This document shows positions 13,804 through 24,600 of a stretch of DNA of 61,740 nt, piece by piece. The notes beneath the pieces were generated by a model. It saw only the letters and a list, made by a program, of their open reading frames with translations. It had not been told where the DNA came from and ran no database searches. Both the position numbers and the translations under genes were made by a program. Location: positions 97,199 to 158,938 of IMG/VR virus record IMGVR_UViG_3300045919_000425; one strand, 5' to 3'. Numbering within the stretch: the first letter of the stretch is position 1; each line of letters begins with the position of its first letter. The DNA is from a virus. Taxonomy: Duplodnaviria > Heunggongvirae > Uroviricota > Caudoviricetes.

Positions 13804-16579
13804 CTAGCATAGACCATTCTCCCCCATCCTTGATTGCGTGATTCAACTCCACCCATTGCCCATTATACCACACTCTATGGTCACTCGTAAGCTGAATTTT
13901 ACTTCCGTCCTCAAACTCAACCTCAAAAACTTCCTTTATACCTTGATTCAGTAGCTCCAATGGCTTCTCATATTTAACAGCGCCATCTTGATCGATAAAC
14001 TTAACTTCAGGAAGATTATCATTACTCATATCGCCTATCTTTACATTACCGATAGAAGTTTGAATTTCTTGCTCGGAAAATACACAACTATGACTCCTAT
14101 TAAATCCGTATTTTCCGCTAGCTTCAATCATCTCACCTAACTCCTTCGCTTGTTCCAAGCTCCACCCTCGCTTATCCATAACGGTACTTTTTAATCCTCC
14201 TAAGTGCTTAATCAATGCCTGAGCGTCTTTTTTTCCAATTGCACGCCTAACTCCCTCAGCGTCTTCGTATGTGTACCCACCAAGATCACGAAACACTCTT
14301 AAGGTCTGTTCCTGAAATAAAGGAACACCAAAGGTAGATTCAAATATTGGAATCATGTCAGGATGGATGTATCTCGGAGACAACTTACCTGACGAGCATT
14401 GAATGTAATATTCAACCGCATTTCCTTTAAAATCCTCCCTGTCAATTATCCAGTCCAGGCATGATGGCCTATAAAGAGCAATAAGGTTAGAAATTTGGTC
14501 AATATTTTTAGGTTTAGTCTGAATACAAAGATTCGTAATTCCCTTTGTCTTAGTTTGAAATGTCGCTGAGGTATCTCCTGTGTGGTAAATATCCTCATAA
14601 ACTTTCGGATCTTGTCTGAATAGTTCCCATTTCATCACCTCTCCGGTTCTTTTCTTTATGTTATTCATCGCTCTTTGTATTGTATTAAGAGCCGTGACTC
14701 CTAAAATATCAACCTTTAATCCACCCACATATTCTACGTCTTTAGGACTAAAAGCCGCAGCTAACGTCGCTTTCTTGCCAGCGCCAACTCGACAAAGAGG
14801 CATAAAGTGATGAATAGGCTCATCCGCAACAATCACAGCACAAGCATGCACGGACTTTTGACGAGAAATTCCACACATAGCTAGCACGGACTCCCAGATC
14901 TCTGGATTGTTCTTCGCATAAAGCTGTAAGTCTGGCGCATCTTCAAAATATCCCTTTACGTGCTCCCCTTCCTGATTTGTATATCCAAACATCCAGTCAT
15001 TCTCAGATATCCCTTGAGGTATCTGAGGCATCTTGATAGTCATCCTGTTCGTTTCTTCCCGCACGCTTCCTAAAATGAACCGCTCTGAATCCTTAATGGC
15101 AGATTTTGGCTTCATCAAAATATCTATAGAGAGTGGAACCATATGGGTTCCGTATTTTTCTTTCATTAGGTCGAGAATTTTATGCTTATCAGAAAAGTCC
15201 ATATCAAAGTCTGGAGGAGTATTTGCATTAATACGACCCCTCGTAAGAAACCGCTCAAATGGTAAGTCGTATTCTAATGAATTTGTAACGGAAATCCCAA
15301 GAGCGTTAGCAAGTAAGCAACCACCGCCAGAACCACGTAGCTGCATTAAGATATCGTTCTTTTTTGCCATTTCCGCAATATCTGACACCATAAGAAGGTA
15401 ATTTAAGCCATCTAGTTTCTGATTACTGTTTAGTACGGAAACTTCGTAGTTTAATCGATCCTTGTTCACTTGTTCTGATAAGTCTAAGATTTTAGATTCC
15501 TCCGCTCTTTTAACAATCTCTCTCTTGGGTGTAGTAGATACTTTCGGTATTTTCCATGCCCGTTCATTGATTGTTAAGAATTCGTATCCTGAGAACATAT
15601 CAGCATACGCATGAGTGTTATCAATTAGTTCCTCGAAATCACGGTCAGATAGAATGTCGGAATGGGATTTCCTAGCTTCTTCGACAATTTCACCTGCGCA
15701 CATAACATGTTGAAATTGACTCATAACCCAGCCATCATTTTTAGCATCCTGTGCCACCTTATGAGCCTTTTCCGCATAATGAGCATCTTGACTGAATAGC
15801 GGCTTAATGCCAAGAGATTTAGTTAAAGGCAGCCTTAGTCTGTTAATTTCCCTTTGAATATCAGGGTGGTTAAAATAAGGCTTACATTCGTTAACTTCTA
15901 GTCTGGATGGCAACCCAAGCTCGGCATCTTCTTTTTTATACTGATGAGTCAAATCCTCAACAATTATTTCATCGAATAAGTTCTCTTTACCTATCACATC
16001 AATCATCATGTTAATTCGTTTAGCGGCCTCAGCAAGACCATATCCATCGAGAATAGGTTTGTTGCACCACGATCCTACACAACCCGTACCAACAGTAATT
16101 CCATGACCAGAGAGTTCGATAAACTCCTCCCAATTCATAACGGGCTTACCTTTATAGTACCGCTCATCCGAATAAAGCACGGCAGTTAATTTACAGTAAG
16201 ACTCATACGCAGCCCTTGTCTTAAACCCAATAGTTATATGGGAATAAACCTTACTTTCGTTGCCGTATCTGTCCACTTTTCCTTTCATAATATCATTAGG
16301 CCAGAAAATATAAGCTTCAACCCCATGAATGACTTTCATTCCGAATTCTTTGGCATATCTGTGAACCGAGGCAGCGGAATTCAATGAGCCGTGTTCCGTA
16401 ACTGATACATGAGTCATTCCACATGTTTTCATTCTTTTTACCATAGATTTAACAGTAGACGCACCATCTAATGAACCGCAATCTGTATGAGCATGCACTG
16501 CGCATGCCAGCCTTTTCCCCTTAAACTGATTCTCTCCTTTGAAGGGTGTAAAATCCCACAGACTCTTGACTCCACTCAT
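13760..16579 (-). CDS. dnaE: Split DnaE N-part: PHP and polymerase core (831 aa) plus Int-N (108 aa)
   Basis: PHP HAH..LDG, TEHG, GVEAY, QDAHY; LRGSGGG, YDLPFERFL, catalytic PPDFDMDF, SVHACAV, KVDILG, VPLFQEQ, AEGVRRAIGKK, KYGFNRSHS then intein CVFSEQ. Confidence 0.95.
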   Translation of the reverse strand: MSGVKSLWDFTPFKGENQFKGKRLACAVHAHTDCGSLDGASTVKSMVKRMKTCGMTHVSVTEHGSLNSAASVHRYAKEFGMKVIHGVEAYIFWPNDIMKGKVDRYGNESKVYSHITIGFKTRAAYESYCKLTAVLYSDERYYKGKPVMNWEEFIELSGHGITVGTGCVGSWCNKPILDGYGLAEAAKRINMMIDVIGKENLFDEIIVEDLTHQYKKEDAELGLPSRLEVNECKPYFNHPDIQREINRLRLPLTKSLGIKPLFSQDAHYAEKAHKVAQDAKNDGWVMSQFQHVMCAGEIVEEARKSHSDILSDRDFEELIDNTHAYADMFSGYEFLTINERAWKIPKVSTTPKREIVKRAEESKILDLSEQVNKDRLNYEVSVLNSNQKLDGLNYLLMVSDIAEMAKKNDILMQLRGSGGGCLLANALGISVTNSLEYDLPFERFLTRGRINANTPPDFDMDFSDKHKILDLMKEKYGTHMVPLSIDILMKPKSAIKDSERFILGSVREETNRMTIKMPQIPQGISENDWMFGYTNQEGEHVKGYFEDAPDLQLYAKNNPEIWESVLAMCGISRQKSVHACAVIVADEPIHHFMPLCRVGAGKKATLAAAFSPKDVEYVGGLKVDILGVTALNTIQRAMNNIKKRTGEVMKWELFRQDPKVYEDIYHTGDTSATFQTKTKGITNLCIQTKPKNIDQISNLIALYRPSCLDWIIDREDFKGNAVEYYIQCSSGKLSPRYIHPDMIPIFESTFGVPLFQEQTLRVFRDLGGYTYEDAEGVRRAIGKKDAQALIKHLGGLKSTVMDKRGWSLEQAKELGEMIEASGKYGFNRSHSCVFSEQEIQTSIGNVKIGDMSNDNLPEVKFIDQDGAVKYEKPLELLNQGIKEVFEVEFEDGSKIQLTSDHRVWYNGQWVELNHAIKDGGEWSMLDENELCYMPVRKER
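13763..14086 (-). mobile_element. Split intein N-half (Int-N)
   Basis: Cys1 in CVFSEQEIQT (block A), EVFEVEFEDGSKIQLTSDHRVW (block B TxxH); acidic overall. Confidence 0.92.
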
Positions 16580-16606
16580 AATTCCTCCTTATGTTGGTTT
16601 AAAGAC

Positions 16607-16635
16607 AGTGTATATCAAACTTAACCAGAAGTCAA
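16607..16635 (-). promoter_or_regulatory. sigma70-like promoter for the dnaE locus
   Basis: Minus strand TTGACT-N17-TACACT with GTTAA in spacer; AGGAGG RBS at 16584-16589. Confidence 0.75.
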
Positions 16636-16637
16636 GT

Positions 16638-16919
16638 TTAAAATTCAGGTAATTCTACGTTGTCTTCTGACTCGAATGAAACGAAGTAATCCCGTACCTT
16701 ATATGGCTCAGCTTTTCTTGAAAAATGGATAGTCGCAGATTTATGTAGGTGTTTCCAGACGTTCAGGTGCTTTCTCGTAGGCTTAATGGATTCTGTGCGA
16801 CCTGCAAATACAGAATTAAGCATATCTTCTTCATTTACAAAGCTATTCTGCTTAATCATGATGCTTAGTAGTTTGACGGACTCATTTTTCTTGGAGCGAG
16901 TTTTTCTAATGACAGTCAT
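16638..16919 (-). CDS. Hypothetical protein
   Basis: 93-aa ORF with AAGGA RBS filling the gap. Confidence 0.6.
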   Translation of the reverse strand: MTVIRKTRSKKNESVKLLSIMIKQNSFVNEEDMLNSVFAGRTESIKPTRKHLNVWKHLHKSATIHFSRKAEPYKVRDYFVSFESEDNVELPEF

Positions 16920-17005
16920 AACTTATCCTTATATTGCAGTTGTCTAATCCTAAGATGGCCGACTATAGTATAAGTAACAATAAATCATAACAGAAAGAAT
17001 GAATT

Positions 17006-18586
17006 ATGTCAACAACCTCTCTAGCCCCGAATCCATATGCAACCATATCATCATATACAGATAAAGACACGTTACTTTTAGACCTGGATTTATACAGGGT
17101 ATTCAAGACTAATCAAACATTAACCTTGGATCTATTTCCGCAGATTGCAGTTAATAGGTGGTCATATATAGTAAATGCTTGGCCTACTTCACTATCTAAA
17201 GTGTTCTTGGATTCAATTAATGGTGATGGGTACTTATTAAACTCCTACACTCAGTTACAGAATGCTATTTATGCAAGCTCTGTCGATCCAAATTACAATC
17301 CATTAACGGATCGTACTTTTTATCAAGAGGTACAAGACTTTTTGGCTTTGCTAACACTGGACTCGTTAAGGCTTACTCCACTAGAGACCGATATCGTGAA
17401 TAAAGAAAAACAGAGAATATCCAAGTTCACAATCGCTACATTCCAGGCTATGATTTCTTTCCTGAGAATAGAAAAGGCAAATGCTTTTGACCAGATTGGA
17501 TTAGGGAATAGTAAATATAACTCATGGATTGGGAGAAAAGGATTAGCTGTTGTTCGTGAGTACTTTTTATCTGACTTAGACATCATTCAGGAAATGATAA
17601 ATCTTGAAAATAAAATACTTGGGATAATCGTAACCCTAAAAAGAACAGTGATTACCGATCCAAATCTCCTTGCTTTTTCGAATAGGAATATTAATCCTGG
17701 GTCTGGTGTTCAGGTTTTAGATATCTACAGGTCATACACAATGATGCCATTTGAACAATCATTAGAGGTGATGGCAGTAAAGTACTTGGGTGATATCCAA
17801 AGAAAATATGAAATAATCACAGTAAACAACCTTAAAGCTCCTTTTGTAGATCAGCAAGGGCTTAAAGTCCCTTTGCTCGGTAATGGGACAGCTAATTCTA
17901 TTGTAGTTCCAAATACATTTATAGATCGCTGTAGGGTAGGCGCAACAGTTCGTGTAGGATCTAGGATAACACCCGAAACTACACGTAAAATCCTTAAAGT
18001 AGTGGACAATAAAATTAACGAACTGATTCTGTTCTTGAGTGGCGATAATACGCTTGGGTCCTTGCTTCAGTCCCAGGGAGCGTACTTGAGGTGTTATGCC
18101 CCAGACACCTTACAGGATTTCTCGTTTGTGAGGATTCCGTCCACCGTAACTCCAAAGACTCCGCCGTTATCTCAGCCTTCTATTTCCGAGATCAGGAAGC
18201 TGGATGACGCATTAATAGCTTTTGGTGTGGATATAGCGTCAGACCCTATTACAAGAGACTGGCAGTCAGATCTTTCAGGTAACATAAAGTTAGCTTATGG
18301 TATGACGAACGTTGCACAGGCGATTAGGAATATCATGAGGGTTCCTACGGGATCTTTATCGAATCATCCTAATTACGGAATTAAGGATTCCACAGGAGAT
18401 CAATTCACCAGAGATGTTCCGACAAAAGTATCAGGCGATATCCAGGCATCCGTCTTAAGAGATCCACGAATTGTTTCCATGCGAATTAACGAGTTGACTG
18501 TTACGGAAGAGGGTGTTATTGTTGTGTCATCTGCGGTTAAAATAGCAGGGGCGGGGCAGTATTTACCATTATCTTTTAATCGATAA
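17006..18586 (+). CDS. Baseplate wedge protein with C-terminal gp25/GpW-like domain and a LysM-like segment
   Basis: C-terminal GNIKLAYGMTNVAQAI..TGSLSNHPNYG..VLRDPRI (gp25-like); LEVMAVKYLGD..YEIITVNNLKAPF (LysM-like). Confidence 0.7.
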   Translation: MSTTSLAPNPYATISSYTDKDTLLLDLDLYRVFKTNQTLTLDLFPQIAVNRWSYIVNAWPTSLSKVFLDSINGDGYLLNSYTQLQNAIYASSVDPNYNPLTDRTFYQEVQDFLALLTLDSLRLTPLETDIVNKEKQRISKFTIATFQAMISFLRIEKANAFDQIGLGNSKYNSWIGRKGLAVVREYFLSDLDIIQEMINLENKILGIIVTLKRTVITDPNLLAFSNRNINPGSGVQVLDIYRSYTMMPFEQSLEVMAVKYLGDIQRKYEIITVNNLKAPFVDQQGLKVPLLGNGTANSIVVPNTFIDRCRVGATVRVGSRITPETTRKILKVVDNKINELILFLSGDNTLGSLLQSQGAYLRCYAPDTLQDFSFVRIPSTVTPKTPPLSQPSISEIRKLDDALIAFGVDIASDPITRDWQSDLSGNIKLAYGMTNVAQAIRNIMRVPTGSLSNHPNYGIKDSTGDQFTRDVPTKVSGDIQASVLRDPRIVSMRINELTVTEEGVIVVSSAVKIAGAGQYLPLSFNR

Positions 18587-18604
18587 TAAAAAGAGGAATT
18601 TGAA

Positions 18605-21600
18605 ATGAGTGTTGACGTAAGAAGTTCATTGACTATTTTAACTGAAATGATTTCTAAGATTCTGGCCGAGACAAATCTGACAGACATCGCTCCTGGTTCT
18701 GAAGTGTCAAAGATTCTGGAAGCAGCCGCAAACTCAGACTTCCAGAACTCTGTTGCTGTACTGAATATTTTACAGTCCATAGACCTTGACTCTTTAGTGG
18801 GTACGGATTTAGATAAAAAATCGGAAGATTTAAATCTTCCGAATGGTGTTGGCGGTATTGGTAGATTACCTGCAAGGAAATCATCGGGAACTGTTACGAT
18901 TAATTCCGCATTCAAAAAACTATCATCACTCATATATCAAGGTAAGCCAGCGCCATTTATCGGAACTACAACCGTGTATGTACAGGACGCTACTGAATGG
19001 CCATCATCAGGAGGCCAGATTTACTTAGGAAGAGGGACGGATCATGAAGAAGGTCCTTTGACTTATACGGCAATTGATAATACTCAGGTAAGACCTTTCT
19101 ATACAGTTACTTTAAGTTCAACAACACCAGTTACAAAGAATCATGTAATTGGAGAGACTGTTATTTTAGCTCAAGGTGGAGTTAGGACAATTTCATCTGG
19201 AACTACCGTAGTGGCTCCATCTGTGAACTCCGTACCCGCAGTTCAATTTACTACAGACACAAATCTAACCTTATTGGATGGAGAATCATTCGGAACCATT
19301 AGTGCAACATGCTCCCAATTTGGGACGACCGGTAATGTTCAATCAAATTCCATCATTCAGTTCGGAAGCATCCCATTCACCGGCGCAACTATAACGAATC
19401 AATCCTCATTTTCATCAGGGCAGGACTCGGAGGACGATAACTCTTTGCGCCAAAGGATTAAAGATTATGCCGCAACCCTTTCCAGAGGAACTGTACGAGC
19501 AATCCAATCTTATTTAAGAGGGCTTAGTGACCTAAGCTCTGGCCGGACGATCACCTCGGTTAACGTTATCCAGCCTACTGTTTTAGGGAATGCGTCAAGG
19601 GCTTATATCGATGATGGACAAGGATTGGAGCCAAAATACCAAGGAATACCTTTTGAAAGCTTACTGAGCTTCTCTACTGGTAACGAAAATTTATTTAGGA
19701 CATCAAAATCACCAGTTATCCCACCTGTAGCTAAAGGCTCCGTTGCAGAGCCATACACTTTAATGGACGGCGAAACTTTAGTTATTACTATTGATGATGT
19801 TATTGAGACGTTCATTGTGAATGCTAAAAATTATGTAAATGTTTCAGCGGCTCTTGCTACAGAGATTGTAAATGACTTTAATACTCAAAACTCCAGGATA
19901 AGGTTTAGGGCTGTTAATAGTCAGTCTCAAGTTAATGCGTTTGACTTGAATGGGGACTCTGAGACGATGACAGTTGGATTAGGTACGGTTCAGACGGTGT
20001 TAGGCTTGCCGCTTTACACTATTCGACCACTGTTCTTATATAAAAATAACACATTACTGAGCCAAAAAGGCACCACCGCTTCATTAACTACGAATAATTT
20101 CCCGTGGGTGGGACTAACGTCTGGATTGTTAACATCTAATCAAATTTCTGTTGATGGTGTAATCCAAACATTTTCCCTTACTGATAATGACTTTAATCCA
20201 GCAACAATTCAAACTGCTAATATTTCCCAGTGGGCAACAGTACTGTCCCGTAAAATTGCAGGAGTTAGTATTACTCCAGTAATCAAGCCTGATGGTTCCT
20301 CATATTTATTATTTCAGACACGATTTCTTACCAACCCAGGAGGCACATTACAGATTATTTCAACCTCCTGGGTTGGTGATGGCTTAATGTGGAATACTGC
20401 ATCAACATTATTAAAGTCAGGGAAAACATCGGATTATTCATTTAATAGGTTTTCTGGACAAATTTCTCTTGCTACGGCACCAGCATATGGTGATTCTATT
20501 ACCGTAGCATCAAAACTCACACGAGCGCTCGCTTATTCTAAAACCACAGCTAATGCTATTTACTCTTTAGGCGTAAGTAATGTTGGAAATCCTAAAATCA
20601 TAGTAGGGGTTGATGGTATTTTCAGTGTCAGGGATTTAAGTAGTATCCCTAACGGATCAACACTAACTCCTTCTGACCCTTACCCTACCTCAACAATAGT
20701 AAGGCTCCTTGCAAATAATCTAAACATAATCCCAAACATTTCCGTGAATGACTTTATTTATTTGGCAAATGATACAGGTGCGGTTAATCAAATACCAGCA
20801 CAAGCAGTTTGGAAGTATAGGGTGCGCCGTAAGGGCTTCAATACAACACCAACTTCAGTAACTCTTACCGGATGTTCTTTTACTGTGTCGAGTGGTTCCA
20901 GCTTAATAAGCGTCACCTCTCCATCCAATCATGGATTAATTACCGGAATGTCGGTAACGATCTCTTCCGTGACTATGGCAAACCCATCAATTATTCCTGG
21001 CGGAACCACTGCAATATCTGGCGTAAGGAGTGTGAACGTCACGTCACCTACGACATTTACATTCTCAATGACTGTTACGGCAACAGGCAACTCTACACCA
21101 CCGAATACATTTACATTTACATTGGCTCCTGATTCTTGGATTGAGATTGAAGCAAGTACATCTAGCTCAGGAACCAGTAACAAAGCTTTGTTACTTGCAA
21201 TTCCGTCCATCGCTGTAAGCCAATACAACCTATTTGCGTTCCAGTGTGATGGAGCTGTACCTCAAATTATTGATTTTGGAACATCGGCGCAAGTAACTAC
21301 AGATGTTGTAGTTACAACTATTAATAATATAATAAGCTCTGCAACTGCTGTAAAAGAGTCACCACGTAGGTTGTTTATTAGGACAAATAAGTTTAATTCA
21401 ACAGGCTCGATAGCAATCTTAGCATCCATTGGGAGTGCGATTAATATATTTAGCACAGGAGTTACGAATAATATTCAGACACATACAGGAAATGCACTTA
21501 GCTCTACTGTTTGGTCGGGAACCCCTAAAATACTCGGAGCCGTCGCTCCGACTGGGAGTTATTATCAGACACGGAATTACTTGCAAGTAAAAAGGGATTA

Positions 21601-24600
21601 CTTGCAAGTAATGGATGCTTTGAGTAATCCTACTATTTCCGAAGACTCCTCCGTAAGCAGCTATCCTGTCGGCATGAATAGTGCCTTCATAACTGGGCTT
21701 AATTCTGGAATAATGGCTCGTGTTTACAATAACAACACAACAGCACCATTTGCTGGGTTTGCTCGTGGGATGAATGTCTATAAGCCAGAAACACAGCCAA
21801 GTTCGCTTACATACTCCTCTATGTATGACAACGAAACTATGAGAATGGAGGAGATTCCATTCGGTGTAAATGATAAGCTGGTAGTGATTGCAGATAACGA
21901 TTCTGTTAGCAAGTCGTCTAATATTTATTTAGCTAAAAATGCAACAATTTTGAATATGGTTCAAAACCCTGCTGGCGCACCAGGAAGTCAGATGATATTT
22001 ACCTTAGCTGATTCAGATGACACACCAGCTAACTTCCCACAAGGCCGCCCATTTTTTGATAACTCGTCCGTATTTAATACTTTCGATTTAACAGATTTTA
22101 ACATCTTGTTTCATCCAATGATAGTAAATTACATATATCCGAACTTTAATTCATCACTAACAACGCTCCCATCCGGTAATCCGGCAGCAGCAATTATTAT
22201 CCGTTCAACACAGTGGGGAGACTCACATCGTGTGAAGTTTTCTGCTAACTATGCGAACACCCCAAACTATGTGGGCGTGACTATTCTGCATTCTAACGTT
22301 GCCCAATCTAGCGCAATACTAGAAATATCAGCGACATTGCCGACAGGATCTTTAGTAAATGGTTCCACGTTCACATCAGCGACTTACACAATAACTCCAT
22401 CAGATTATCCCTGGACATCTCCATCCACATCTCCAGCAATAGTACAACTTGTTATAGCATCAAGTGGGATAAACCCAAACAACGTATATCAAGTAGGGAA
22501 TTACCTTAATATCGGAGGAGTGATTCCTACAACTTATGCTGGAACTTACTTAATCACAGCCGCTACGGCCAACTCTATAACTGTTGCTGCACCAGGAATC
22601 CGTTCATCTTCCTATAGCCCTGCAACGCTAGATGCGTCAATTTTCCCTGTTTCATCATTTTTCAGTAAGCCAGCAACCATTGGAGATGTGGTTACTGCCA
22701 TTAATAATTATTCTCCAGATAATCCTGTAATAACGGCACAATTCACAACTTCAAATCCTTCGGCTTTTAGCCTTGCGTCGTTTTATTATTATCCTACATA
22801 TTTTACTCAAGGAAACTTAACGCCAATAACTACATTGTCGGACATTCCAACTAGTATTGAATACCATTCAGCACCATCCCCATTTGGCTGTATTGCGAGT
22901 ATTCACACAAATAATAGCCCCACAGGTTACACGGCACTTGTCCAGTATCCTGAATCTGTCCTACCTACAACGGCACAAGTAGCAAATGTAGGGTATTTCT
23001 ATACCATGGAGCCAGTTAAGATTATTCCTGCATCAATGAAATCAATATCTAATTGGATTAACTTAAAGGCCGTAACACCATTAACGTCCCACGCCGATGT
23101 TTTACGTTGTGGGCTGGATAATGCGTTCCAGATTAGCACTCAAACACTCGGAGGTTCTGGCTCTATTCAGGTGTCTGGGGTGAAAGCTAATTCACTTACT
23201 ACGCCATTACTTGCGAATCCGATTAATGTTGCCCCAAATATCAGCACCACCATTGCCTTTAGTGACGCAGAGAGCTTGGTCCGTGGCTCTCTGGTTAAAG
23301 TAAAAAATGCAGCTACTACGAATATTTTAAGGGCTTATAGAGCAACTCCTAGTGGTAGTTCGATAACTTCAGCTAATCCGGTTAATATTCAGAATTATTT
23401 CAGATCAACCACTGTAGTGAATTACACAAATCCAGGATTAGGATTAGGTAGGTTTACTTTCGTAAGTTCTCCCTCCGGGCTAATCGCAGGAGGAACTATT
23501 GTAATCACTAAGATAGACACATTTGTGACAAAGATTACATGTTCTACAGGAAACTTATCTGCAAGAGTGGGAGATATGTTATACATATCTCCATCATCTA
23601 ATGCAAATACGTCCAATAAGTGCTATTCTGTTGTCGCCGACACACCCAATCAATATCTGGGATATCCCGTGATCTCGGTTGCTAGCTCTACTGAGATATA
23701 TGTATTGGGTTCGAATATTATTGCAGATACTTTCACTGTCAATGCAGCCAGTGATTTTGTGTTTATTCCAATGATGAAGAATGAGAAGAATATCGCCACA
23801 AATTACAAATCATCCGCATTGTTTAGAGATAAAGTATCGGGCGCTAGTTCGTTGTTTGTTCGTTTAAAGGCGTTAGGGAACGGAATAATGTACTGCTCTG
23901 CTAACACAGAATCTACGTCAGATTTACAGTTATCGGGACTCTCTGTTTCAACCGATGATTATGTTGTATTTAGTACTGGATTTAAGCTACCAAATCAAGG
24001 AAAATATAGATTAATAGCGCACGATGGCGCTTCGTGTTTCATATTCTATAACCAAAATGGAGTCGATGAATTAATCAATACAGGAATTTCTAGCTTTTCT
24101 GTGGATTCTATCGATAGTTATGGTTCGGTTATTTGGGGAACTCAATTATCAGACACTTCAGTCCCAGCCCTAACAGATAAGCGTCAAATTCGTATGTATG
24201 ATGCGGACTCTGTATTTGAGGGAGATTATTTATCAATCCTTTCTCCAACATCCGGCACAGTAAGTTGGTTTACCTCAGATTTGATAGGAAAATGGAAAAT
24301 TACAGAAATTGGAATTGACGGCTCACTGAATGCTTACTGTCAAGTGGCTATCCCTAATGCTAATGTAACTCCGCAATCTGTAACATTAAATGCAAACATA
24401 AATGCTATGAATTTCATAGAAAAATCACCATACTGTGGATTTAAGTCAGTGGTAGGTTCTTGTATTAACCCACAAACCTCTACATATTCTGACCTCGTAT
24501 TAGCTCCATCATCGTCATTTTCTAAACTTTCTCCTTCTAACGGGACGATACTGTCCTGCTTATTTAAGACTGGATTTAATAACAATATTAATTCAGGAAT

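Noticed and set aside
12306-16579. dnaE as a frameshifted pseudogene or assembly error
   Set aside because: Both fragments end or start with intact intein halves, the C-gene has its own RBS, and the intervening ORF is a coherent endonuclease
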